A stretch of 64,000 nt of DNA from Calcarisporiella thermophila CBS 279.70 (Eukaryota; Fungi; Calcarisporiellomycota): NCBI RefSeq assembly GCF_041956535.1, contig NW_027192192.1, positions 871,796 through 935,795 of the forward strand, in the 5' to 3' direction. The notes beneath the pieces were generated by a model. That model ran no database searches and was not told where the DNA came from. It was given only the letters and a program-made list of their open reading frames with translations. Of the stretch, positions 33,948 to 47,173 are shown one piece after another. Numbering within the stretch: the stretch's first letter is position 1; every line of letters begins with the position of its first letter. The position numbers and the translations under genes are program-made.

Positions 33948-34392
33948 CTAATCGGCCCGCCACTAAGACATTTGAACGGAAGATGTTAATATATGATGAC
34001 ATCAAAAGTATATGATTGCGATTCATACCATCAAGTTATCAGAAGGGGGCTCCGAATTGTCATTTTTCTGCTGCAGTTGACGCGCAAGTTTTCCACCTCC
34101 TTTCTGAACACCACGATTTTGTGCCTATCAATAGCAACAATCCAGCTTCAGTAACTGTTTAATGGAAGTTCTAAAATTTACTCACTTCTTTTGCTCTTTT
34201 TTCTGCAGCTGCTAATATTGCCTCTCTCTGCGATTTCTCTCCTTGTGATTCACTCCCCGATGAGGCAGATGCACCCCCCAGAACATGGCCTCCATTCTTT
34301 GAGGCCTTGGGGGGAAGCTTTTTCATCTCTACAGGGCGAGCCGGTCCATCATCTAGGGTATCGCTCTTGCAGCAACTAAATAATGCCCCCAT
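33948..34392 (-). CDS. Small VCP/p97-interacting protein (SVIP)-like
   Basis: MGALFSCC (myristoylation/palmitoylation), VIM-like REAILAAAEKRAKE|AQNRGVQKGGGKL, final micro-exon WRAD*. Confidence 0.75.
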
Positions 34393-35529
34393 TATGGCGT
34401 TACTATTTTCAACTGGAATAAAAGTCTGGTTTCTAGAAGAAGCCAAAAATCAATGGTCAAATTTCTACTTGATTTTCAATCTCAGTATCCATGAATTGTT
34501 GCTCAGTAAACTCATAACTCCCAGTTTTGTCTAAGAAGTTCACTACCTATTGTAAAGAATAACCATTTTTTATTTCATACATACATGACAAAAGGCGAAA
34601 GAAGGTTACATGGGCTGTTAATGGTCTATCGTCGTTTTTAGCAACTTTTCCAAAATTAAATCCTATATCCCTCTTGCTTTGTAGCAATATTCACGCGAGG
34701 ATGAATCCAAGTATATATAGATTAGTGGGAAAAAAAGTTCAATTGGGAGCTATTGCTATTAGTGCTATCAATTATGGATGATGTTCGCTGCTTATATTTG
34801 AGTAAAGGTTTCTGCCAATGAGATTGAGCAATATATTTCTCGGCGGACATGGACGATAGCCAAAGTATTACCAAGTGCGATGCTTTGAACATGAGGGACA
34901 GGGTTTATAGCCCGTTAAAAATAAGCTTTATTAAATGAATACATTTAATCGAGTATATTGCCCTTGAGACATGGAGCATCGCCATCTTCAGATGTTTAAA
35001 GAATTAAGATTTAGGTTAACACATTACAGTCCGAGATCTATCGCCTGTTCAGATCATTCCAGGCTGCGCCTTCTGTGTTCTCCATGCCCTATTACCTTAC
35101 TCCTCTGTGTTCCGTTGCTCACACTGATACTCTTTTATTTTATACCAGTTAAAAGTTAAGAAATCAGATCCGATTTTCATTTTCGACTAATTGCTGCCTC
35201 CCTTTTCTATATTCTCCTTCTCTCCTTTTGGTTTCTTCCTAATTGTTTGTCGCTCTATGCTAATTTCCCATTCATCCCACATTTGCCGTTTCTCCACCCT
35301 CAAGCGCGCTCTCCCAACCCCAAGTTGGGACCAATAATGGTTATTCACGTTTTTATATATAACTAAACTAGTGTCAATTCTGTATAATCTTATCACCGCG
35401 GAAGTTCTTCATTCTTTAACCTTTCTGATATACACCTACCTCTTATTCCCCTCCTCTACCTCTATATTACCTCCACCTATAGCTTCCCAAAATTGACATT
35501 TCTGGTTCTCTCTTTGTTTTATCATAAAG

Positions 35530-37026
35530 ATGGCGGCGAATCGACAGTATCATTCCACCAATGTAAACACTTTATCCACTCCCAATAGTGTAGTTGGTGT
35601 CCACTACCGCGTTCATAAAAAGATTGGAGAGGGTAGCTTTGGTGTGATTCACGAGGGTAACCTATTATCTTTTTGTGATATCTCGATTGCCATGGGTGAT
35701 AGATAGCATTTATCTGGATATGACTGTATTTTTATAGGCATCAATCTGTTAAATAACCAGCGCATAGCTATTAAATTCGAACCGAGAAGAACAGAATCTC
35801 CACAGCTTCGGTATTGATATTTTTTTTCCCGCACTAGTTCCTGGCTTGACTTATATTGATTTATTTTTGGCGCACCTTTTAGAGACGAATATCGCACCTA
35901 CAAAATCCTTGCGGGGTGCGCTGGGATCCCAAATGTCTACTATTTTGGCCAAGAAGGGCTGCATAACGTGCTAATACTTGATCTACTGGGCGAGAGCCTT
36001 GAGAATCTCTTTGACCGATGCAATCGCAAATTCTCGGTGAAAACAGTTGCGATGCTCGCCAAGCAGATGATAACGCGTATTCAAACGGTCCACGAGAAGA
36101 ACCTCATCTATCGTGATATTAAGCCGGATAATTTCCTGATGGGTCGTCCTGGGAGTAAGCATGCGTCTACCGTGTTCATGGTCGATTTTGGAATGGCCAA
36201 GCAGTATCGGGATCCCAAAACAAAGCAACACATACCATATCGAGAGCGAAAAAGCTTAAGCGGAACGGCGCGATACATGAGCATCAATACGCATCTTGGA
36301 CGAGGTGATTATTCTTGACTCCTCTTCATTGACGAGTCTGGGGCTAACCACACCCATCTATGGCAGAACAATCGCGTCGCGACGATTTAGAGTCCCTTGG
36401 GCACGTTTTCATGTATTTTCTACGAGGCGCACTCCCGTGGCAGGGGCTGAAAGCTGCGACCAACAAACAGAAATACGAAAAAATAGGAATGAAGAAACAA
36501 GTGACTCCGATCAAAGAACTTTGCGCTGGCTTCCCAGGTGAATAATTGGTTTTTCCGGCTTGGTCGAATGAGAGATATAAATTCATTCTGTTATTTAGAG
36601 GAGTTTGCGACCTATTTAAGTTATGCTCGTCACCTTAGTTTTGAGGAAACACCTGACTACGACTATCTTCGTGATCTCTTCTCTCGTGTCCTTCGAAAAT
36701 TGGACGAGCCAGACAATGGTGTATACGACTGGATGCGCCTTTCAAGCGCTTTGAAATCCCAACATGTTTACCAAAAAGATGGCGAGGTGTTGGCGGCAGA
36801 GTTTGGGCAAGCAAGCCAACCGGGCTATGTTGCTGCCCCCCAACCGACAAAACACCCACATCGTAGTAGACAGCCAATTGAGGAAAACAAAGGATATCAG
36901 CCACAAGCACAGGTGAATGGGAATTTGCTAAGTTCATCACGGTTAGTAGCGGCAGACAGCGGCGGTAGCCAGCGACGACATGGATTTTGGCGCCGGCTCA
37001 TCAGTGTCATCACATGTAGTGAATAA
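35530..37026 (+). CDS. Casein kinase I (Yck/Cki, CK1-gamma-like)
   Basis: [74 protein letters not shown]. Confidence 0.96.
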
Positions 37027-37029
37027 TTA

Positions 37030-37240
37030 TCTATGTTTTATTTTTATTTATGGAATTTTGATTTTGAAAAAGTTTTTAAATGATTTCTATATTTTTTTCT
37101 TGTTGTTTCTTTTGCATATCCTTTTTTTTTTCTTTTTGATTGTTTTTTTTTTTCTTCGTTAATTTTTTCTTCTTCTGCTATTACTTTTTCTTTGTTTTGC
37201 ATTTCCTGCTTCTTACACTATCTGCTTTTTATATTAAATT
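37030..37240. repeat. T-rich low-complexity tract (CK1 3' region)
   Basis: Long poly-T runs with ttc/ttg interruptions. Confidence 0.6.
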
Positions 37241-37462
37241 TGATCTCGGCACTTTGTATCGTTTCAACGGTTGTTTTGGAAAGCTTTTGAGTAGAAATGG
37301 GGAGGATATATGGGTGTGGCTTGTGAGGGGTCAATTTAATTTTTGAACTTGGGGAGGAAACATTAGTCATGAGTTAATAAGTAATAAAATAGAGAAAACA
37401 ACAGAGGTTGAAACACCAAAAACACATCACCAGCATTAAAATAGAAATACTCACAACTCGGG

Positions 37463-39157
37463 ATGCCGCCGTCCCCTGTTCGCGTATCCAATAATAGTAT
37501 GAGGCAGCGCCTTAATCTCTCGCAACCATCGGCTACCGTAAACGGGAACAACTCCCCATGTCATGAATTCCCAAGTCCTAGGGTATCTAGTTTTGAGGAA
37601 GGTCTGAAGCCAACCGCAGTGCGGTGGTGGTTACTGGCCGTGGTTTGCGGTTTAATGTTCGCATGGATGTTGTTCACAGGCCATAAACACAACGGTTGGA
37701 GTGGTTTCGGTATAAGAAATCGGGATTCCGTGTTGTTGTCACAATGGTGGGAGCAGCTTGCAGGGACATCGAAGTACGCATCGGACAAAATATTACCAGA
37801 AGAAAGTCTCGACGAGGATACGCTGTCTTTCGAAGTTCATGCACCCCCGCCACATCACTCGGATCACTGCGATGTGCCCCATCCAGGGTTTCCTCTCTAT
37901 CAATACGCGCTCATGATTGATGCAGGTTCTACTGGCTCACGTATCCACGTGTACCGATTCAAGTATTGTAATTCCAGCCCCGAGCTGGAAGATGAGGTGT
38001 TTGAACAGGTAATGCCGGGTTTATCAGCTTATGCACAAGATCCTGACTCTGGTGCAAAAAGTTTGGATACACTGATGCAAGTGGCACTGGATAGTGTCCC
38101 ACCAGATTTGTATTCGTGCACACCCGTTGCTGTTAAGGCGACAGCAGGTTTGCGGCTGCTTGGAGCAGAGACGAGCGAGAAAATTCTGGAGGCCGTTCGC
38201 AGGCGGCTCAAATACTACCCTTTTCCATTCACCGAAGATAATGTATCAATTATGGATGGGCGAGATGAGGGACTTAATGCATGGATCACTGTGAACTATC
38301 TGCTTGGGAATTTCAAAACAGGCGAAGAAAGACGTCCGACCGCAGCAGTCTTTGATTTAGGAGGAGGATCCACTCAAATAGTTTTTGAACCCGACAGTGG
38401 CTACGAGGATGAGATTGCCGAAGGGAGCCACCGAGTGCTTCTGGAAGTCAGTGGGCATCACTATGTGCTTTACCAGCATTCTTACCTTGGACATGGGCTG
38501 ATGGAAGCCCGCAAACAGATGCAACGGTATCTGGTCGATCAATGGGCGTCGAACCCCGATGCCAAAGGAGACAAGATTAGTAACCCTTGTTTGGCTCGTG
38601 GGCATGTACAAAGCTTTTCGCTCACAGCACCGGTGCGGGGATATAAGACCGTGCGTCTGGTGGGCGCTGGGCCCGATGGTGAGGCATGTCGTCGCATTGC
38701 AGAGAAGATTATGGATAAGGAGGCTTATTGTCCCCTGGCCCCATGTTCTTTTGCTGGAGTGTACCAACCACCTCTTGCAGAGACTTTCCGCCACCATGAT
38801 ATCTACACCTTTGCGTACTTTTATGATCGGACCACTGCGCTTGGAATGCCGAAACGTTTCCCTCTACGAGATTTGCATCGCGTTACTCGGCAAGTGTGCT
38901 CCGGAGAATGGCACGCATTCAGTACGAAGGCGAGGCGAGAACTCGCCAGCATGCCAGAATATTGCATGGATTTATCTTTTATTTATTCGTTGCTCTCTCA
39001 CGGCTACGGAATCCCAGAGGACAGGGAGCTGCACGTTGCAAAGAGCATTCGTGGGGCCGAAACAGGATGGTGTCTGGGAGCAGCAATCGCTCTGCTAGAT
39101 GAACAGCAGTGGTGCAAGGCCACAAGTTCGCCTAGAAGAAATACATTATCATCATAA
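37463..39157 (+). CDS. GDA1: Golgi guanosine diphosphatase, GDA1/CD39 family
   Basis: Intronless ORF. N-terminal type II TM. Apyrase conserved regions IDAGSTGSRIH, KATAGLR, DGRDEG, DLGGGSTQ, GWCLGA. Confidence 0.93.
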   Translation: MPPSPVRVSNNSMRQRLNLSQPSATVNGNNSPCHEFPSPRVSSFEEGLKPTAVRWWLLAVVCGLMFAWMLFTGHKHNGWSGFGIRNRDSVLLSQWWEQLAGTSKYASDKILPEESLDEDTLSFEVHAPPPHHSDHCDVPHPGFPLYQYALMIDAGSTGSRIHVYRFKYCNSSPELEDEVFEQVMPGLSAYAQDPDSGAKSLDTLMQVALDSVPPDLYSCTPVAVKATAGLRLLGAETSEKILEAVRRRLKYYPFPFTEDNVSIMDGRDEGLNAWITVNYLLGNFKTGEERRPTAAVFDLGGGSTQIVFEPDSGYEDEIAEGSHRVLLEVSGHHYVLYQHSYLGHGLMEARKQMQRYLVDQWASNPDAKGDKISNPCLARGHVQSFSLTAPVRGYKTVRLVGAGPDGEACRRIAEKIMDKEAYCPLAPCSFAGVYQPPLAETFRHHDIYTFAYFYDRTTALGMPKRFPLRDLHRVTRQVCSGEWHAFSTKARRELASMPEYCMDLSFIYSLLSHGYGIPEDRELHVAKSIRGAETGWCLGAAIALLDEQQWCKATSSPRRNTLSS

Positions 39158-39716
39158 TCTTAGTTGGTTAAACGGCCATTCATTTACTATGGTCATTGGT
39201 TAATCGCCGCATATATTTACTTTTTTAAAATATGCGCGCATCTTCCATTGGTAGAATCTTGGATATGTATTTATTTCTTTTTCCAGAAGCCGTTGCTTTC
39301 TAAAATTCACACACAATCTCAATTTCGTACACTTTGCCTTTATTTCTATTACACGAAAAGACACTAATAAATTTTTTTACTTTTTTTTCTTTTTATACAG
39401 TTAATCACGAAGAGCTAATATTATTGCATTTCGAGTCTATACTACTGACTAGTTCGCATGGGATTCAAGATCAATGAGCCATAAGGCATTTTATGCTACA
39501 GTTGCGCTATTTTGGATTAAATTTTGTGCGTACTTGGACATCATATTTGAAATTTTGAATAATACAAAAATACACGCTCAAGAAGAAATATGGTTCGTTT
39601 CCCAGAAATATTTGAGAGAGAAGATTGATTGCATAATTAACTCTGATTAAATTTGGATTGATTTCAGTCTACGCTCATTCTCTATTTTACGCGTATTCGT
39701 GTCTCATAATAATTAT

Positions 39717-41228
39717 ATGGTAGAGCAAGATTCTAAAAATCTGTCTATTGAAACAGCCGAGGACGATGTACCACCTCTTCCCCCTCCATTAGAATTATCC
39801 GAATTATTACAAGATTGGGGCCATGATTTATCGAATTCGCTTTCTACCGTATCTGCATCGCCGTTTTATGAAGAAAATACAGAAGGAACGTGTAATGATA
39901 GCACTCTAAATAGCTTCGGACATGCGGATCTTCATGCGGGCAAGGAAAGGATTGAATACCCATATGACGAACCAGAAATATATTCAAACTCATCAGTGCC
40001 AACATTCTCGTGCTCTCGCACTGTAAACTCGATTCCAAATGTTATTTGTAAGGATAAATCTCTCAATGCTGATCATCGTGCGTTAAACCCAAAACAAATA
40101 CAAAAATTTGTTGAAGCATCCGATTCTGATTCCAGCACAGATGGGCCCCAAGCAAGCTCAGTACCTCCATTTTCACAGCTTTCACATAGAAGCGCTATTA
40201 AATCGGCATATTTAGGCGGCTACGATTCGTGGGATGATTTTAAGGAAATTCCATCGATTGCGGTCCATAAAACTCAGCCTAAGCCAAAGATAAAGGAATC
40301 GACCAACCGTCATGTAGCAAATGGTACACGTATATCCTATCAATCGGAAGACGACCTCCGAGAATTGGAAGCCGGGTTATCTGCGCTTAAACTTTCTGCT
40401 GCGATGAGTAAAAGCGGTTCTCAACAAGATCCAGAGGATGTATTCGCACAACGAAAAATTTTTCCAGCTACTCCTGTCTGCGATTTGCTTCAAACTAAAC
40501 AGCAGTGTTCTGTTGGAACTCGTAATAGAGATATATCCGCACCAGCTCTTAATGAAAAGTGTAACCCTACCACAACAACTTCCTCTCCCAATACTTCTTT
40601 ATCTTCTGCCGATAAGCCCATCGTCACTAAAACTATGCCGGATTACGCTTCATACTCGCTAAACGAACTTAAGAAAGCTGTGAAGAAGTACGGGCTTAAG
40701 CCTATGGGGCGTAGAATAATGATTGCTCAACTTGAAAAAATTTGGCGAGTGTTGAATGAAGTAGAAGAAAGCAATTGTCAGGAAAAAGTAGAGAAACCAG
40801 TTAAAGTACTGGAGAAAAACCAGACACACCCTGAGGGAACAGACGAGGGAATCCCTAGTGAGGCTGACAGTGCTAGCACCGATGAAGAAGACATTGAAAG
40901 TGGTTTGCCGGGCTACGCAGATGTCTTCTCAGACAACCATTGTGACGAAGAAGAAAAGTTCGCCGATGAAGATTCGCTCGATGGGCGAATTTACCAAAGA
41001 ATTCGCGATGATATCGTTCTCTACGAAAGAATTCTACGATATGAACCCATAGATTTTGAGCTATTACTTGACGATCTGATGGATGTGTTCATAGGCAAGA
41101 CCAAGCGAGTTAGCGTCGAAATCCTGAGGAGATTTTTGGACACTCAAGGAATTTGTTTCTTTTTACCAGAAGGCACCGGGGGCTGGCAAAGGAAAAGGGA
41201 CAAAAAAGGGAAAAAGAACGTGTCTTAA
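39717..41228 (+). CDS. SLX4: Structure-specific endonuclease scaffold subunit Slx4
   Basis: SAP domain TMPDYASYSLNELKKAVKKYGLKP...MIAQLEKIW and C-terminal Slx1-binding domain LYERILRYEPI...LRRFLDTQGICF. True 5' end uncertain; upstream exons possible. Confidence 0.85.
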   Translation: MVEQDSKNLSIETAEDDVPPLPPPLELSELLQDWGHDLSNSLSTVSASPFYEENTEGTCNDSTLNSFGHADLHAGKERIEYPYDEPEIYSNSSVPTFSCSRTVNSIPNVICKDKSLNADHRALNPKQIQKFVEASDSDSSTDGPQASSVPPFSQLSHRSAIKSAYLGGYDSWDDFKEIPSIAVHKTQPKPKIKESTNRHVANGTRISYQSEDDLRELEAGLSALKLSAAMSKSGSQQDPEDVFAQRKIFPATPVCDLLQTKQQCSVGTRNRDISAPALNEKCNPTTTTSSPNTSLSSADKPIVTKTMPDYASYSLNELKKAVKKYGLKPMGRRIMIAQLEKIWRVLNEVEESNCQEKVEKPVKVLEKNQTHPEGTDEGIPSEADSASTDEEDIESGLPGYADVFSDNHCDEEEKFADEDSLDGRIYQRIRDDIVLYERILRYEPIDFELLLDDLMDVFIGKTKRVSVEILRRFLDTQGICFFLPEGTGGWQRKRDKKGKKNVS

Positions 41229-41366
41229 GGCCCGATTTTAATGTACATAATTGATTGACTTGTTATAAAAGACCAATGTCCAATGTAAATGCATCTAATA
41301 TCATAATCCTAAAAATAAACCACAAGAATATTCGCACAGGACATGCGGAATGGGGCTATTTTTGTT

Positions 41367-42550
41367 TCAGAATCGCCTGTTTGTTTCCATTATCCTTGTA
41401 CGATACAGCCATATACCACCAATAACAAACACGAGGAAGCCCATAAACTTGACATACCACAAGAACGCCGACCATGCATTATGCTTCTTTTTGATAATGG
41501 GTTTGGCAGGGTACGTTGAATCCGGCACAGAGACAATAGTCTGAGCAGTGACACGGATGATATCATGGTTGTCTATGCTCATATATAGTAAATAAATAGA
41601 TCATATGCAATTTCGATCAAAGGGTGAATTTCTAACCTGATAAATCGCCAGTATGCGCGCTTATCCCCAAGTAAGGAGAAAAAGGCAAGGTAATATTCTC
41701 CAGAAGAAAACAAGTATCCCATTCATTCTCTGACCTATATTGGAGCGTCAGGGCGAGATAGTACCCTTTATAGAATACCAACCGAGCCTTGGTTGGAAAC
41801 GGCTTAGAGCGGAAGTCGGCCTCACACCCGGCGAGCTCGTTAGCTTTACCGTCATTTTCACTATCATAGGGCGTGTTGCCATCGCCTTGCATAATCATCA
41901 CATAAGGAAACACCTCAGGCTGCGCGATCGGTTAGGAAAGGAGGAAAAAGAATGGTATTAATGAATATGATACAACAAAACTGTATATATCTGGTATACG
42001 TACTCTTGAACGACTGTTTTTGTATGTATCAAAAAAAATTCCCAAACCCTCAAATTTATCTATGAACCCGAAAACAGGTCCCGTTTGTGCCCTCTGACGC
42101 GTCAAAAATATGGCGAATCCGTCCCCATAGATGCTCCCCTTGCCATCGACACTGAATTCGATTTCTAGATCCCAATTCGCACTTGCCAGAGGCTTGTTTT
42201 TCTTAATCAGATGGGTTGTTACATTATGTAGCGAATAAACCTAAGCTTACCAAACGACTCCACAGCCATCCTACTTGTGATGGACGGTCGTGAGTTAGAC
42301 GAATATGCTTGCTCGTACTAATCACTGCATCGCCACCAAAATCAAACCAATAATTCTGGAGACCTTGATCTAATTAAATGGAAACTAATGCATGAGCTAG
42401 TTATTCGAATAACTTCGAATAAATTGCTTTTGTACCAATATAGGGCATAGCAAGCGTATGAGTGCGGAGTGGAACAATTTGTGGTGCTACATCTGAACAG
42501 GTAAGGGTGAGAATGCAGAAGAATATAGAAATACAGAATAGTTTCTTCAT
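41367..42550 (-). CDS. L-type lectin cargo receptor (VIP36/LMAN2/Emp46-47-like)
   Basis: Signal peptide, LRTHTLAMPYI|DQGLQNYWFDFGGDA, HIRLT, YGDGFAIF, GPVFG, FPYVMIMQGDG..YD, YLGISAHTGDLS|DNHDII, C-terminal TM and tail ...RRF*. Confidence 0.9.
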
Positions 42551-43462
42551 TTTCTTGTTCCTATATTTTTGTTGTTTTCCTTACAGAAAAAAAGGAGCAA
42601 GAAAATTTACAAGGGTTGCTTTCTAAAATTTTTTCCTTAAGTGTACGATATTAAACTGATATTCGGATCGATTGCTTTTAGGATAAAATCTTCACATAAT
42701 TCTACATGCTAATTAAAATTCGCCCATAATTTTAAATTAGGGTAGTGTATATAAAAAGCATATAACTCGACCAAAACCCCAATAGCACTGGGATGTATGG
42801 AATTTGATATTCTTGGCAAGGATGATTAACAGATACACTATACATTTTATCATTACTGACTGCTCCGACCATTTTTTGTAATGTAGAGCGTCGGAGAACT
42901 AATTTCTAAGTACGCGCTATAATGTCCATGGAGAAAAAAGATACGATAGTATATAAAAGGGACTTGCAGTCGAGTATGAATAGTTGTGTTATATAAACTA
43001 TATCTATTAGTTTTCAAATCAGCAACTTTTTCAAAACATATTCAAGTGAGTAATATTTTAGATTACAATAACCCAATATAAGCCTAGTGCCAGGCACTGA
43101 AGAAGCCTATTCGATTGTGCATGTAAGAAGAGAATATTAGGAATATGTTTATGAGTAGAGATAGAATTGATGCAAAGCAGCTTTCTTAGCTCCATCAATG
43201 CTTTCCATTTTGTTAGTATATCACAGTTGACATTATGCATTAGCTTCATATTTTAGGAGTTTATCTGTACGGTCTGATTACTGCACTTAGGAAGTTAAAA
43301 AAGATAAAAAAGAAGCCTGTGAGATTTCAATTCAATATCCAAATCAGATTACCAGCGATTTCTAATCTACGGTAGTATGATCAGGTATATGTGACTGCTT
43401 GGCATTGTTATACTGTTATTCTGCCTGCTCTCGTTGAATTGAATCTGACCACAATTCTAATC

Positions 43463-44411
43463 ATGTCGCGCCATGTCAACTTTCTCACTAATATAAACCC
43501 CCTTCGCTTGATAAAATCGAATACATTTAGATCGACATCAAATGCATACCCATATGCTCACCTGGCACGTTCCCATTTGAGATCTTTCCAAACCTTTACA
43601 ACTCCCAATTTTAGTAATGCCAAACCAGGATCACGACTAATCGCCGCCCGGCTCACACACTCGCAGGCTTCCAAGAACGGAGATGCCGCTCATGCAAAAT
43701 TGAAGATATGCTGGAAATGTGAGAAAGAATTGGGGTACACATTACTTCATTGTGACGAATGTGGAAAGATTCAGCCTGTACCGGGTGAAATGAACTACTT
43801 TGAAGCACTAGGAGTTGGCGAAGGTGAAAATAGGTAAATTATAACTGAGTCCCAGCATTTTTTTATTGTGAATCAAGTAATATGCAGTGATTGTTACTGA
43901 CTATCTTAAATTTTTCTCTAGATCTATTGCTACGTTCGATCTCAACGCTCGCAATCTTAGATCTACTTTTCTTACAATCCAACAAAAAGTGCATCCTGAC
44001 TCCTATGCCCAAAAAGAGCAACACGAATTTTCTTTTTCAAAATCACAATCTTCTTTCATTAACAAGGCTTATAACACGTTGCTGAATCCCCTCTCGCGTG
44101 CCCAATATATTCTTTCACTCAACGGTATCAGTGTAGATGAGAGCGAGTCGCTCGAGGATCCGGAGTTACTCATGGAAGTACTAGAGACACGCGAGCAGCT
44201 GGAAGAGGCACAAGCAGAAGAAGAGGTTGAGATTATTGCAACGGAGAACCAGAAGAGAATGGAGGAAACTATCAACGGGCTCTCGGACGCTTTTAGAAAT
44301 AAGGATTTCAAGAGAGCGAAGCAGCTCGCCATCGAGTTGCAATACTGGGTGAATATTGAGCGCGCCATAAAAGAGTGGGCACCGGGAAAACGGATCGAAC
44401 TACATCATTAA
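43463..44411 (+). CDS. JAC1: Mitochondrial Fe-S cluster co-chaperone HscB/Jac1
   Basis: Presequence, CWKC...CDEC.KIQP zinc knuckle, NYFE, J-domain HPD, INKAYNTLLNPLSRAQY, C-terminal LMEVLETRE...LQYW. One intron near 43834-43921. Confidence 0.93.
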
Positions 44412-44637
44412 ATCATACATTATGTTCGATCCATTGCCTCGACGTTTTGCGCATTAAACCTGTTTTTGAGATAGAATATAGTATATAAAAATATATAAAT
44501 ATTTATATTTATTAGAACGGAGAATTAAAGATTAAAAGGGCAGAGGCCGTTGAAGAAGTGAATCAGGATCTCAAAAAAGAAATATATCATTATATACATT
44601 CTTGTGAATTTTGCGTTGAAGTATATCAAAAAGAGGG

Positions 44638-46861
44638 TTAATTTAAGCGATAGAGCGATTCCTCTTCCTCCTCCCGCCCACTTACATGTCTGTTAGGATT
44701 ATAGGCCCCTACCCAGCACCATACCCGATGTTGCTCTCCCTTAATTTCTTTGACTAATACCCGAACGTTTGCATTGTTCTCCACAATCCGTCGCACTCGT
44801 TCCCACAACTTATGCCTTCTTCCTGCTGATTGCTCTCCTTTAAGGAGGGCATCTCTTAGATGGACGATAGCCAATTCTGGATGCGGGAACTGAACAGGAT
44901 CGGTGTAATGCAAACGCTCTTGATTTTCAAGCCGACTTAGAACATTCTGAACAAGTTTGGTGACGAGTTTGTTATCTCTTTTGCGAGCGTAAATATAGTG
45001 CCGAATATAAACTAAAAATAACAGTGCGCCTCCACTGCCAGATATGATAGCAATATGTTGCCACAAAAAGTTTACCAATTGCAGCTTAATTTTGCATCCC
45101 AATGGCAACCATGGCTCCCGACTCGATAAATAAAGCTTTCCAGAATTGGGGTGGGTTACAAAATCTACATAGCCAGGGCGGCGCGACAAATCTTCCAGTG
45201 CAAGCTGCCAATACTCGTTAAAGGCATCGTCACCTATTTCAGGTGATTTGCGGTCCTTGAGCTGTTCTTTAAGCTTCTCTTCGAGAATCCCATTCACCAT
45301 AATGTTGCCCTGTAGTTGAGTAAGCAACTCCCTATCTTTCTTCACATGCCCACAAATAACCTGACCAGCACGCAAACTTAATTCGCGACGAATCGTATCC
45401 ACAGTAAGTTGGACTTGAGTTAACTTAGCGTCGTCGGTAACGCAGCGGAGTGGAAATGGAAGAAGTCCACCAAGAGAAAGAAGATGTGTTTGGGGAACAA
45501 ACTCTTTGTCGCAATTTATGAATTCACCATTGGTACATGTTGCATGCTCGGGACAAGGAATGCAGGAGGGGACCAGTTTAGAGGAAATATTCTTGAACAC
45601 TTGTGGAATAGAAAAAAAAGTCAATGAGAATATAAACAATCAACTCGAGTTTTCTAGTAATTACTTGACATCCCCTCGCCCACATTTTTTCTATGTGCAG
45701 GTCTACCGTCTTCACCACAATACCCTACGCGTATTATTGCGCTACGATACCAGATTCCAAAAGCTACAAGTAGTGCTAAACACAGCACCAGTATTGAACT
45801 CAACGAATATTCTTCTTTAATTACGGGTGGGCTTTTGCTTCGTCTCCTTCTCCTTGAGTTGCCAGAGGCCGGAGAGGCTAGAGAAAGCCTCCTTTCCTGA
45901 TTATCACGGTCAGAATAATAAGAAGCCGAGGGAGGTGACATAAATTTACTGAATGGCGGATGTCCCTCAACCGGTGAGAAAAGAAGCGGTTGTGAAGTAG
46001 CAACGAGATGATCACCCATGGAGGCGCGTTGTTTACGGGAAACAGATGTATTTCGGCGTGTGCGACTACGGCTACGATCGCGGCTATCGACTCCCATGGT
46101 CGTCTAAGAGATAATGATAAGTTTTAGGCAAATACTAAAATCAATTGGAAATCGTTGCATACACGACGACGCTGCCGAATCTTATCCGGGCTAGTCTCTC
46201 CACCGCTCTGGAATGGATTGTTTAGGGAAAAGGGACTTTTTTCTTTTTCTGCTGCCGCTGATTTATTTAATTCATCTGCTTCTTCGTCCATCTCCATGTT
46301 CATCGCTTGCTTGTTAGGGGTTTGAGGCCTTTGACTTCTTGGCGTTTTAGGCTTGACAGAAGCGTTTTTAGGCGCATTGGATTCAGATTCAGATCCATCC
46401 AATGATGCAGTTTCGGATGGAGCCGGAGTCTATTGAAATAATTCAGTTATTTTTAAAGCAGAAAGCGAAGATAGTAAAGTAGCAATTACTCTTTTCCTTG
46501 TGGTTGAACGCCCTCTCGGCTTTGGCGTAGAGGCTCGAGGTGCCGGGACTGCAAATACTTCGTTGGATCTCGTTCCATCTTCTTCGCCAATTCCAGGAGT
46601 TGCTCTCCTTCCCCCTTCTAAACCAGGTGTCCCCCTTCTCATTCCAATTTCAGGTCCCGGAGTCCCCCCTCTTTTTCCTCCATTTACATCTACCCATCGT
46701 TTAGCTTCTTCAACTCGTGCGGGGACGGGTGAAATGTGCTGGTTATAGAGGTCAACAAGGTCTTGTTTTTTTGCAGAAGATTTCGCGTCAATATCGTAGA
46801 TGTGAAGAATGGCACGAAGATCTGCCATGCGTAGCTTGGCAGGATCTAGATCATTCTCCAT
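44638..46861 (-). CDS. SRC1: Inner nuclear membrane LEM/HeH-MSC protein (Src1/Heh1/Man1 family)
   Basis: N-terminal HeH DPAKLRMADLRAIL...KKQDLVDLY, FS.NNPFQSG, two TM segments flanking lumenal GYC...CIPCPEHATC, C-terminal MSC domain LRDALL...LWERV...NANVR...GEQHRVWCWVG. Confidence 0.9.
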
Positions 46862-47173
46862 TTTTGCAATCTCAAATTGATTTATTTATGTAGGTTTAAC
46901 GAGAAATACGAGGTGTTGTTTTTATTTAGCCCTTAATTTAATTTTGGGTTTCACTATTATCAACTCCCCTATGCGGTCCATTCTTTATTAACACAATAAA
47001 AAGAAAAGTTGTCTAACATAATATTAAAGAAAGTAAAAAGAAAAAAATAGATATTTTATGGATAACTAAAAGATTTTCATAGTGTTTATTAACTCACAAT
47101 GAAAAGCATCAAGGTTCTCTAGTGTGAAAAATCCATGGTAATAAAAAGTAGGATGAGGGTTTGGCTAATTAAA

